DNA of 64,000 nucleotides from an uncultured bacterium. Lineage in GTDB: Bacteria > Babelota > Babeliae > Babelales > RVW-14. The position numbers and the translations under genes are program-made. The notes beneath the pieces are model-generated. The model was not told where the DNA came from and ran no database searches. It was given only the letters and a program-made list of their open reading frames with translations. Within the stretch, counting starts at the first letter, position 1, and each line of letters begins with the position of its first letter. The stretch lies in assembly GCA_963759805.1 (NCBI GenBank), contig CAVXAT010000011.1, positions 58,816 to 122,815 of the forward strand, written 5' to 3'. Shown piece after piece: positions 30,008-39,148 of this stretch.

Positions 30008-33000
30008 ATGAAAAACAGAAAGTCGCTGATCTTCAAAAAGTCACTGTACAAAAAATCAGTAATATGCTTGATGTTGATGTTGTTGTTAACTAGTCAAAAT
30101 GCTACACTTTTTTCATCGGTGGAACATTTTGTCCCTCTCGATCCGGCAGGAACAAATAAACTCATCTTCGGTAAAACTGTTTTTGACAACGCAAAATCTA
30201 ATTTTTTTCTGGGAGCACAAACTTATACTCCCGTTAGCGTTGCCACCACATATGTTGACCCAAAGACATTCGCCATAACCAGAGCAGCAACTGATAATGC
30301 TCTAACCGAAATTTTTGGCATTACACCTCAAACCACTTCAATGCCAAACCCATCACCGGAAGCAGGCAATCCAGTATACGAATCAGTGCCAAATCCTCTT
30401 TATGGACAAGTAATTTTAAATCTTGGCTTATTCAGCAATATTTATCCAATAGTTACATGGACACAAGGTTCCAGCAGTTCCACGTACAATTTTGTAGCCT
30501 TAATTCTAGCCCCACAGGATGGAAGTGCAACCATAACAACAACCAACACGTTATGTGATGCCGGAGGACAACCAACCCAAGAGATAAAGGCTTTAACCGG
30601 ATCAAATAAATACGTTTTTGCTGCAGTCTCTGCCACCGGCCTAAATTGGAACGATCCTTCCACGACAGATTACAATCGTGGAATAGCTGCTTTAACAACC
30701 ACTGTGACTACAGCACCTGCAACGATTTCTCAAATTCCTGCACCAACTATAAACGTTCCTACAAATGCACCAAAGGCTCAAATCGTTGATGTAAGAACAA
30801 ATGCCAAAATGATAAGTTTCAGCGATGCAGTAAGTCCTACGCCCGGAACCATACAAGCCCTTATTGGTTCTGATGTCGACATGTACTGGGACAGTGGTTT
30901 ATCAAGACTTTTCATTGGATTATCAGGTGTAAAACGCGACGTCCCTACTAATGAAGGGGGATGCTTCAGCGTTCTGGTTGGAAGAATCGATACAGACAAA
31001 ACATCTGGAAAAGACATTGCTTTTAGTTTATCACCAATTTTATCTTCACCATCAAAAACTCAGTTTACCCCTGATTCAACCAATTTTATGATTGGTTTTT
31101 ATTACAATACAACAGGTACAAATGACATCACAATTTCTGCAAACAAAGTACGCGTCATGCACACAAGCACAGGTTACAATTACTTAATCGTAAATTGCGA
31201 TGTAACTGAAAGTACTCCTAATACATATAGCGGAGTTTTTGCATTACCTTTGATCGGCGCAACAAAATCGGATGGCACCACACCCCAGGATCCAAAACTT
31301 ATTGGAACACTCGCTCAAGTTCAACCAGTTAATTTTTATGCAGCTCCAACCGCCCCTGCAAACATGCCTCAAAAAAATCAAGTCCCTGTTATAGTCGGAG
31401 GTAAAACTTTACCCATGGGAGATTTAAGTGACATGTTTGTACGCGGAGACTCAGTCTTTATTTGTTTAAAGAATTTAACTGATGTTCAAGACGCAGGAAT
31501 CTTTCAAAGCACAGCATTGTTCGACAAAAACGGCTTTATCATCGCTTGGACCCCATGGCAGAGAGTCATGGGAGATATTCAGCAAGTTTATGGTGGAGGT
31601 GTTGATAAATTTAGCAATTTCTATTTTCTTGCAACAGAAAATCCAACAGATCCCTCAAAAATAGACCCAAACACCATAAGAATTACACAGTGGGGAACAA
31701 CTGAGAATGTTAATGAAATCGAAACTATAACCATTCCAACCACACCAACCGGTACGACACCTGCAACAAATCCTAAGGCTGAGATGAATCCAGATCCAAA
31801 CAGAAATTTGTCAGCAGTTCTCTCCGGCATCTTTCCCCAGGATCAATGCGGCGCATTGCAGATAATTAATTTCGATGAAAAAACACCGGGATTTAATCCA
31901 AACTTTTCTATGATGGTTGCGATTGGATACAATTCAGTTGCACTAATTCAAACAATGAAAGCCGGAGTACCGGTAACAAAATTTGAAACATCGGGCACAA
32001 ATCAAAATGTTTTTGTCTTTAAAAATGATGCCCTGAATGCAATCGCTCCCCTTTGCTTTGTCGAAGTTGCCAGAAGGCCCGCCGATCCATCAACTCCAGA
32101 TGTTTACGCAAATGCAGGCTGGCTTTTTGTCGGTGGGTACAAAGGCGTTGCTGTCTTGAGCCAAAACGATGGTAGTGGCTGGGATTCGAACACAGGTCTT
32201 GATAATCTTGCCAAAGCAACCCCTCCAGACACCACCCCAACATTCCCAGGTACTGGTTACACTTTTAAACAATTAACCCCAAGCAATGGTGGTGATTTTG
32301 ACAATGTAAGAAAGCTGGCAAGTTTGATAAGTGCTGATACTCAAAAATTATTTATTCAAACAAGAGATAATTTGTACGCAATTGCTCAAGATGCAAATAA
32401 ATTCAGCAATTCTCCAGAGGCACTTAATGAGCAAAAGCTTTTAAATAATCTTCCTGAAGATTTGAAATTCACTGATCTTTTAATAATTCCAAATTCGGAT
32501 GATCCTACGGCAACACAAAGCAACAAATTTACATTTCTGCTCGGCTCAACGTCTGGATTATTTGTTGGGAGTAATTATGATAAAATTAATGGGAAAATAG
32601 ATATTATCAATCCATACCCTGGCGATCCAGTCTTACAACTGTGCTATATTTCGCAAACCAAAGGTCTAAACAGCACCAAAGGCAATCTGTATGCACTTTC
32701 AGCAAATTTTCTAAGCAGCACCGGCAAAGTTAACAGATATTCAGTCAATGGAAGCCTACCTACGCTGGCCAATCGAATTAATCCGCTTGGCACAAGTCCA
32801 TTCATTGATCTCTACAACTTCCGCGGCGATTTCATAACCGATGGAGCCTTCGGGTTCAGCATGATTGCAAGGGGCCCTTCCAACAATTTCTTGACTGATC
32901 TTTATCAAATCGCACAAACTCAAATAGAAACCGGTTCAATTGATAGTTTACTTGGACTGAAAGGTTCAAACTGGTATATAGGAGTAATAAGTCGCAACAC

Positions 33001-33055
33001 TGCCTCAGGATCATGGATGGTCCCAGGCGATTGGGGTATAAGAGTTAACGAATAA
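30008..33055 (+). CDS. Large secreted beta-rich protein (possible beta-propeller), paralog 2
   Basis: Signal peptide; same motif series as 26872-29976. Confidence 0.8.
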   Translation: MKNRKSLIFKKSLYKKSVICLMLMLLLTSQNATLFSSVEHFVPLDPAGTNKLIFGKTVFDNAKSNFFLGAQTYTPVSVATTYVDPKTFAITRAATDNALTEIFGITPQTTSMPNPSPEAGNPVYESVPNPLYGQVILNLGLFSNIYPIVTWTQGSSSSTYNFVALILAPQDGSATITTTNTLCDAGGQPTQEIKALTGSNKYVFAAVSATGLNWNDPSTTDYNRGIAALTTTVTTAPATISQIPAPTINVPTNAPKAQIVDVRTNAKMISFSDAVSPTPGTIQALIGSDVDMYWDSGLSRLFIGLSGVKRDVPTNEGGCFSVLVGRIDTDKTSGKDIAFSLSPILSSPSKTQFTPDSTNFMIGFYYNTTGTNDITISANKVRVMHTSTGYNYLIVNCDVTESTPNTYSGVFALPLIGATKSDGTTPQDPKLIGTLAQVQPVNFYAAPTAPANMPQKNQVPVIVGGKTLPMGDLSDMFVRGDSVFICLKNLTDVQDAGIFQSTALFDKNGFIIAWTPWQRVMGDIQQVYGGGVDKFSNFYFLATENPTDPSKIDPNTIRITQWGTTENVNEIETITIPTTPTGTTPATNPKAEMNPDPNRNLSAVLSGIFPQDQCGALQIINFDEKTPGFNPNFSMMVAIGYNSVALIQTMKAGVPVTKFETSGTNQNVFVFKNDALNAIAPLCFVEVARRPADPSTPDVYANAGWLFVGGYKGVAVLSQNDGSGWDSNTGLDNLAKATPPDTTPTFPGTGYTFKQLTPSNGGDFDNVRKLASLISADTQKLFIQTRDNLYAIAQDANKFSNSPEALNEQKLLNNLPEDLKFTDLLIIPNSDDPTATQSNKFTFLLGSTSGLFVGSNYDKINGKIDIINPYPGDPVLQLCYISQTKGLNSTKGNLYALSANFLSSTGKVNRYSVNGSLPTLANRINPLGTSPFIDLYNFRGDFITDGAFGFSMIARGPSNNFLTDLYQIAQTQIETGSIDSLLGLKGSNWYIGVISRNTASGSWMVPGDWGIRVNE

Positions 33056-33080
33056 TGTTTTCAAAATTGAAGGGAAATAA

Positions 33081-34364
33081 ATGAAATTTAAAAGAATAGT
33101 ACAGAGCATATTGGCTACAGGCATAATAAGCTCTTCGTGCTTTTGCGTTTTTGCACCATCAAATACATTTCCACCTTATGACCCAAACGTAAGACTCCCA
33201 AAATGCCCAAACATGCATATTCATTTTGGGGCAACGGCAGAGTATGGGCAAGATGACAGCGCAAGAGACTATGGAGGAGATAAACACAATGTTTTAAAAA
33301 TTTATGATCATTTTCAAGATGCTGCAACAATGCTCAAAAGCCCTTCTGCTGAGAACCAAAGCGCAGTAACAGAAGTATATAACAATATGTACGCGGCATT
33401 TGGTGGACAACTTTTGACCGCTCCGGTATCACTCGAGGGTAAATATCGAGAATTTGATTTAACATTATTTGGAAAATATACGGTTAAAAACTTCATTGAA
33501 GGAGATTTGAACATAGGCGTACATTTACCCGTATGTTGGCGTAGAATTGATGGAATTAAGTATAAAGACTTATCATCTGAAACTTTACCAATGGTTCCAT
33601 ATGACTTCCAGCAAAATTATACAAAAACGTTTGAGATCTTCAAAACACAGATGAAGAAGCTGGGCAATCTCGATTTTGGAGAATTCGATAAATCAGGAGT
33701 AGGTGATCTGGTTGTGTTGCTTGAATGGCTGAGAAGTTTTAAGCAAAACAAAGAGGCACTGAAAAATGTTGATCTGTTTTTAAGACTTGGGATAAGCTGT
33801 CCAACGGCACAAAAAAGAGACATCGACAAAGTCTTCAGTCTCTCACTAGGTAATGACGGTGCCTGGGGCTTGCCTATCGGTTTCGGGCTGGGACTCGATT
33901 TCAGTAACAGCATAAGAGCCGGAGGCGATGTTGATTTTTTTATTTTATTTAATGAAACAAAAGAACGTAGATTAAAAACTGATCCACATCAAACGGAATT
34001 TTTACTTTTAAACAAGGGCCGCGCCACGCTTGATTCAGGGTTAACATGGAAATTTAACATTTATTTACAAGCCTACCGTTTTTACAAAGGGCTTTCGCTT
34101 AAAATGGATTATGAGTACATCAAACACGATGACGATACGCTGTATGAAAAAACAGATACATTTGATAGACACATCATCAACACGGCACATAGTTTAAAAG
34201 AGTGGAACACACATAATTTAATCTTCGAATTAAATTATGATTTCTTTGTACCAAAAGGTTTTTTAACCAGACCACAGATAAGCCTTTTCTACAAATATCC
34301 GATAACAGGTAAAAATATTATAAATCTGAACACGTTCGGCGGTCAGCTTGGGTTTAATTTTTAA
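33081..34364 (+). CDS. Putative outer-membrane beta-barrel protein
   Basis: Signal peptide, amphipathic alternating beta strands, C-terminal GGQLGFNF (terminal Phe, BAM-signal-like). Confidence 0.65.
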   Translation: MKFKRIVQSILATGIISSSCFCVFAPSNTFPPYDPNVRLPKCPNMHIHFGATAEYGQDDSARDYGGDKHNVLKIYDHFQDAATMLKSPSAENQSAVTEVYNNMYAAFGGQLLTAPVSLEGKYREFDLTLFGKYTVKNFIEGDLNIGVHLPVCWRRIDGIKYKDLSSETLPMVPYDFQQNYTKTFEIFKTQMKKLGNLDFGEFDKSGVGDLVVLLEWLRSFKQNKEALKNVDLFLRLGISCPTAQKRDIDKVFSLSLGNDGAWGLPIGFGLGLDFSNSIRAGGDVDFFILFNETKERRLKTDPHQTEFLLLNKGRATLDSGLTWKFNIYLQAYRFYKGLSLKMDYEYIKHDDDTLYEKTDTFDRHIINTAHSLKEWNTHNLIFELNYDFFVPKGFLTRPQISLFYKYPITGKNIINLNTFGGQLGFNF

Positions 34365-34381
34365 AATATACTTAAATTAAG

Positions 34382-34422
34382 AATAATAAGGGCTCTCCAG
34401 ATGCGGGAGCCCTTATTATTTT
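34382..34422 (+). terminator. Terminator after the three-gene outer-membrane operon
   Basis: AATAATAAGGGCTC...GAGCCCTTATTATT stem. Confidence 0.8.
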
Positions 34423-34524
34423 ATCATAGTAATTTTTATCACAAAAAGTTTGTCCCTACCCCTTTTTGTGATATGATTATCTCTCGTTAAGCAAGTTTTA
34501 GGAATTTGGGGGCAAAATCAATTC

Positions 34525-36441
34525 ATGCCAAAACTCTTCACAATAAAACGCATATTTATAATAGGCTTCGCGTTTTTCACCATAATCACCGGAGTCTGTT
34601 TTTTCCTACTCGAACGTGAATGGGTCGACCTTTCCATGCTCGAGCTTTACTCAAGCACATCTGCATCCGTAATTCTTGATGATGAAGGTGTAGAATTTGC
34701 ACGATTTGAATGTGACAGACGCACTCCGATCCCATTTGAAAAAATACCCACAATTCTTGTGCAAGCGTTTATAGCGGCAGAAGATCATGACTTTTTCACC
34801 CACCCGGGAATATCGGTAAAAAGTATTGTCCGTTCATTCTTAATAAATTTATATCACCATCGAATAGTTCAAGGGGCAAGCACTATCACACAGCAACTTG
34901 CAAGGCTAATGTACTTAACATATGAACGAACTTTTTATCGTAAATTTCAGGAACTATTTTTGGCTTTACAACTCGAACAGCAACTAAGTAAACAACAAAT
35001 TTTTGAACTTTATGTTAATAATATTTACTTTGGACAAGGAATTTATGGTATTGAAGCTGCATGTAAAAGATTTTGGAATAAACAACTCAATGACATAACT
35101 GTTGATGAAGCTGCAACACTTGCAGCTGTTGCAAACTCTGCAAGAATCTACTCCCCTCTCAACTCCACAAAAAATTCACGCCGCCGTAGGAATATCATTC
35201 TTAAAAGCATGCTAAAATTAGGCTTTATCAGCCAGGACCAATTTGATCAAAGTTCAAAAACAAAAATCAAAATTGTAGATTACATGCCGGGAAGCCCAAT
35301 CAAGCTTTACATTCAAGAATGGATTAGAGCCTGGGCCGAAAATAAGTTTGGTAAAGAGGCTCTGTACAAAACACATCTCAAAATAAAAACTACCATCAAT
35401 CCGGACATGCAAAACATTGCAGAACAAGCTTATGCCCCTGTGATTTACGGATTACGAAAACAACATGGTGATAACCTAAATGGCGGAGTAATTTCAATCG
35501 AATCTAGCACCGGAAAAATCAAACTGTTTATAGGTGGAATGGATTTTAAAAAATCTCAATATAACCGAGCACTTCAGGCCAAACGACAGATGGGTTCATC
35601 ATTTAAACCAATTTTATACTCTTTTGCAATATCTAAGGGCTACCAATTCGATGCCACTTTTGTTGACGAACCAATCGAAATTACTATGCCCAATGGACAA
35701 ATATATGCACCAAAAAATTGGGATGGGCAATTTGATGGACTTATGACATTGGCCAAAGCTCTCACCGATTCAAAAAATACTATTGCAGTTAAACTATATC
35801 TCGAGATATACAAATATTTCGATTGGCTACCATGGATTAAAAACTTTGGAATAATGGCAGATATCCCACTATACCCATCATCCGCTCTTGGAACAGCAGA
35901 GGTAACTCCTGAAGAAAATTGCGCCGCTTTCAACGTATTTGCAAACAATGGGGTTTATGTAAAACCTTATCTCATAGAATGGGTTAAAAATGAACGTGGG
36001 GAAAAAATCTGGGAAAACGAACCTGCAAGCCATAAGGTCCTTGATCCGAAAATAAACTCAGTCATGATCTGCGCACTAAGCCAACGCATGATTTTGAACA
36101 AAAACTTTTTGGGGAAAAATAACTGGTTTGAGGCAGACTCGATCGGCAAAAGCGGCACTACAAACGGCGCTGTTTCTACCTGGTTTGTAGGAGCAACCCC
36201 TGAACTAACAACGGCAGTTTACATTGGTCGGGATGATAATAAACCAATGGGAGAGTCAGTTTTCGCAAGCAGGACAGCCCTTCCAATCTGGCTTGAGATA
36301 AACAGAAAAATTAAGTGTGATAAAAAACACTTTTACATTGATCCTACGCTGGAAGAAACTAATATAAACTGGCGAACGGGTGAATATTCTGTTGAACGTC
36401 CATACGTTGATCCTGATATTATTAAAATTCTGAAACATTGA
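34525..36441 (+). CDS. Bifunctional penicillin-binding protein 1A family
   Basis: Transglycosylase AAED..F..HPG and GASTITQQL; transpeptidase SSFK, SKN and KSG motifs; N-terminal TM. Confidence 0.93.
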   Translation: MPKLFTIKRIFIIGFAFFTIITGVCFFLLEREWVDLSMLELYSSTSASVILDDEGVEFARFECDRRTPIPFEKIPTILVQAFIAAEDHDFFTHPGISVKSIVRSFLINLYHHRIVQGASTITQQLARLMYLTYERTFYRKFQELFLALQLEQQLSKQQIFELYVNNIYFGQGIYGIEAACKRFWNKQLNDITVDEAATLAAVANSARIYSPLNSTKNSRRRRNIILKSMLKLGFISQDQFDQSSKTKIKIVDYMPGSPIKLYIQEWIRAWAENKFGKEALYKTHLKIKTTINPDMQNIAEQAYAPVIYGLRKQHGDNLNGGVISIESSTGKIKLFIGGMDFKKSQYNRALQAKRQMGSSFKPILYSFAISKGYQFDATFVDEPIEITMPNGQIYAPKNWDGQFDGLMTLAKALTDSKNTIAVKLYLEIYKYFDWLPWIKNFGIMADIPLYPSSALGTAEVTPEENCAAFNVFANNGVYVKPYLIEWVKNERGEKIWENEPASHKVLDPKINSVMICALSQRMILNKNFLGKNNWFEADSIGKSGTTNGAVSTWFVGATPELTTAVYIGRDDNKPMGESVFASRTALPIWLEINRKIKCDKKHFYIDPTLEETNINWRTGEYSVERPYVDPDIIKILKH

Positions 36442-36445
36442 GATG

Positions 36446-37576
36446 CTAAGCATTAACCTGTGTTTTTATAACAAAATATCCACGCTCTTCAAAAAACGTT
36501 GCAACTTTTGATTGTAGATCAATCTCCGGCGTAAGTGCAAAAACCAACCCGCCACGCCCGGTGCCGGTAAGTTTTGCACCCAATGCGCCAAGCTCACAAG
36601 CTTTATCAGTAATCATATCAAGTTCAGGACAAGAAACCCCAAGTGCTTGTAATAATTTTTGGTTTTTATTCATGTACATGCCAAGTTTTTCTAAATTATT
36701 ATTTTCAAGCGCATCCAAGCCAAGAGAAAAAATATCTCTGTACTGTTCGAAAATTATTTTTGTTTTATCCGGATTTTTTTCAATAAAATCACGCACAGAT
36801 GATACAACTTGTTTGATATTCGTTTGCTTGCCACTATCGATAATGACAATTCTGATTGGATTGGAAATTTGAATTTTTGAATAAGAAAACGCAGGAGTAA
36901 AGAAGCCCGCTCGTGGTGAGTGCGCACCTTGTGCGCGTATCGAACCATCACCCGAAGGGTGACGGGCAGAATCTCTACAAAATTTTATTACCCCACCAAA
37001 AACAGCCGCAGTATTATCAATGCCACTGGGAGTGCCATGCACGGCAAATTCTCCCTCAAACGCCGCTTGATTAACCTCTTCATCGCCCAAATTAAGATTA
37101 AATTTAGAATTTACTGCACGGGCAAAAGATGCTGCAGCCGCCGCGCTTGAGCCAACCCCTCCGCAGGTTACGGGTAGTGTACCTGTAAAAGTCACGGTTA
37201 AATTTCTCTGTTTAATTCCCCAAAAATTCAGAATTTTTTCACACATGCATCTGTATTGCGTTGTTTTGCTGAGAACAAAACCTGGAGATTTTGGTCTGTT
37301 ATCAACTAAAACTAGACCGTTACAAGAATTATCTTGAATCTCAGCGTAAGTTTTTAAATTAAGTGATACAACAAGCGCAGGTAACCCATGTACAACAAAA
37401 TGCTCACCTAAAAGAATAATTTTCCCATATCCAAAATTAGATATTTTTTGAAACTCGCATCCTTCGACAGGCTCAGGACGAGCGCCATTAAGTAGGCGCG
37501 CTCGTGGTGAGCTTGTCGAACCATCACCCTTGGGTGACGCGCCGGATTTCAAAAGAAGTCTATCATCTAATTTCAT
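36446..37576 (-). CDS. mvk: Mevalonate kinase (GHMP) with two in-frame palindromic insertions
   Basis: GKIILLGEHFVVHG, GVGSSAA, HGTPSGID, GAKLTGTGRGG; last gene of the MVA operon. Confidence 0.92.
   Translation of the reverse strand: MKLDDRLLLKSGASPKGDGSTSSPRARLLNGARPEPVEGCEFQKISNFGYGKIILLGEHFVVHGLPALVVSLNLKTYAEIQDNSCNGLVLVDNRPKSPGFVLSKTTQYRCMCEKILNFWGIKQRNLTVTFTGTLPVTCGGVGSSAAAAASFARAVNSKFNLNLGDEEVNQAAFEGEFAVHGTPSGIDNTAAVFGGVIKFCRDSARHPSGDGSIRAQGAHSPRAGFFTPAFSYSKIQISNPIRIVIIDSGKQTNIKQVVSSVRDFIEKNPDKTKIIFEQYRDIFSLGLDALENNNLEKLGMYMNKNQKLLQALGVSCPELDMITDKACELGALGAKLTGTGRGGLVFALTPEIDLQSKVATFFEERGYFVIKTQVNA
36905..36967. repeat. Palindromic element family A, short 63-nt in-frame copy inside mvk
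   Basis: GCCCG-CTCGTGGTGAG-[TGCGCACCTTGTGCGCGTA]-TCGAACCATCACCCGAAGGGTGA-CGGGC. Confidence 0.85.
37438..37562. repeat. Palindromic element family A, full-length TA-flanked copy inserted in frame at the mvk N-terminus
   Basis: TAGATATTTTTTGAAA...TTTCAAAAGAAGTCTA imperfect inverted ends; 125 nt including both TA, 123 nt net. Confidence 0.92.
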
Positions 37577-37971
37577 AATACAGGCACAAATTTCAAACCA
37601 TACTCGATTATGCCATTTGCTCCATGTGAATAAAATTTTCGAAAAGTCGACTGCACTCTCATTCCAATCTTTAAATCCCCAAGCCCAACATCTGCAAGAG
37701 CCACTGTAATTTGTGGACCCTCATCCAGCAGCACAAGACCAATGCAGTAAACTGGCATATGCTTAAATTCCATACAAGAACTAGTGATATTAGTAAATGA
37801 AATCAATTTTCCAAATCCACTAAATTTAAAAGTCTTGAAATCTCTGGATCCACACGAACATAAAAAGCTTTTTAAGTAATAATTTTTTCCACAAATTGCA
37901 CATTGGGTTCCATCAAGGCTATATCGCTTGGAGTACTGTCTCCATCCAGGAATTGAACTTGAACTAAACAC
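37573..37971 (-). CDS. DUF35 family Zn-ribbon/OB-fold protein (thiolase/HMGS scaffold)
   Basis: GTQCAICG...CSCGS, GKLISFT, IGLVLLDEGPQI, IGMRVQSTFRK, IEYGLKFVP. Confidence 0.9.
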   Translation of the reverse strand: MFSSSSIPGWRQYSKRYSLDGTQCAICGKNYYLKSFLCSCGSRDFKTFKFSGFGKLISFTNITSSCMEFKHMPVYCIGLVLLDEGPQITVALADVGLGDLKIGMRVQSTFRKFYSHGANGIIEYGLKFVPVL

Positions 37972-37980
37972 TCATTCTCC

Positions 37981-39135
37981 TCATTCTCGTTCAAAAATGT
38001 GAACAACTGCGGTGGTTCCAATTCCACCAATATTGTGAGTGAGGCCATATCTGGCATTTTTTACCTGATGCTGACCGCATCTTCCCAATAACTGATTTAC
38101 AATTTCAGTTACTTGTGAGATACCGCTGGCGCCAACGGGGTGCCCTTTTGCTTTAAGCCCACCTGAGGTGTTGACAGGTAAATCACCGCCAATCTGAGTC
38201 TTTCCTAAAGCGGTTTCAAACCCAGCCTTCCCTTTTCCAAAAAAACCAAGATCTTCAAGCGCAATTATTTCCGCCATGCTAAATGCATCATGAACCTCTG
38301 CAACATTTATGTCGCGATGGGTAATCCCAGCCATTTCAAAAGCTTTTTTACCGGCTACTCTTGTCGCTTTAAAACTTGTTATTTCTTCGCGGCTTGCAAG
38401 ATCTAATGTATCAGTAGCTTGCGCGCTAGCAATTACATTAATCCCATTTTTTTTATATTTTTTTGCAAAATCATAACTTGAAATTATAACTGCTGCAGCT
38501 CCATCGCTAATTGGCGCACAATCAAGTAATCGCAACGGATCGGCAACAACAGGAGATTTAAAGTAGTCATCCAGCGTCATTTTTTTGCTAAATTGAGCCA
38601 ACGGATTTAACACTGCATTGTTATGATTCTTAATACTGACAGCAGCAAGTTCTTGATTTGTAAGACCATATTTTTGCATATAAAGACGTGTAACCATGGC
38701 AAAAAGTCCTGGAAATGTTGCTCCTGCAAAATGTTCTGACTGATAATCTCCCGCTCCCATCAAAGCAGATGTTGCCTGTGATATGGCAACATCACTCATT
38801 TTTTCAACACCAATTACCATAACAACATTGACAGCACCTGAAAGTATTGCTTGAATCCCGCATGCAAGAGCCGAGCTTCCAGATGCACAAGCATTCTCCA
38901 CTCTTGTACTAGGCACTGTAATTCCAAGTTGCTGTGCAGCAATTGCACCCAAATGTGCCTGTCCGTTAAATTGTTGAGCCAGCATGTTGCCAACGAAAAT
39001 TGCACCTATCTGGGCAGGTGAAATTGCGGCATCATCAAGAGCATCAAACTGAGCTTGCGCAATTAAATCATGCAGCCCCTTATCCCACAACTCTGCAAAC
39101 TTTGTACATCCAACGCCAAGCACTGAAATCTTCAC
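37981..39135 (-). CDS. Archaeal-type acetoacetyl-CoA thiolase (SCP2-like motifs)
   Basis: ENACASGS, GVEKMSD, EVHDAFS, KGHPVGASG, HNIGG; GTG start after CAGGA. Confidence 0.92.
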   Translation of the reverse strand: MKISVLGVGCTKFAELWDKGLHDLIAQAQFDALDDAAISPAQIGAIFVGNMLAQQFNGQAHLGAIAAQQLGITVPSTRVENACASGSSALACGIQAILSGAVNVVMVIGVEKMSDVAISQATSALMGAGDYQSEHFAGATFPGLFAMVTRLYMQKYGLTNQELAAVSIKNHNNAVLNPLAQFSKKMTLDDYFKSPVVADPLRLLDCAPISDGAAAVIISSYDFAKKYKKNGINVIASAQATDTLDLASREEITSFKATRVAGKKAFEMAGITHRDINVAEVHDAFSMAEIIALEDLGFFGKGKAGFETALGKTQIGGDLPVNTSGGLKAKGHPVGASGISQVTEIVNQLLGRCGQHQVKNARYGLTHNIGGIGTTAVVHIFERE

Positions 39136-39148
39136 TTCACATCCTGCT

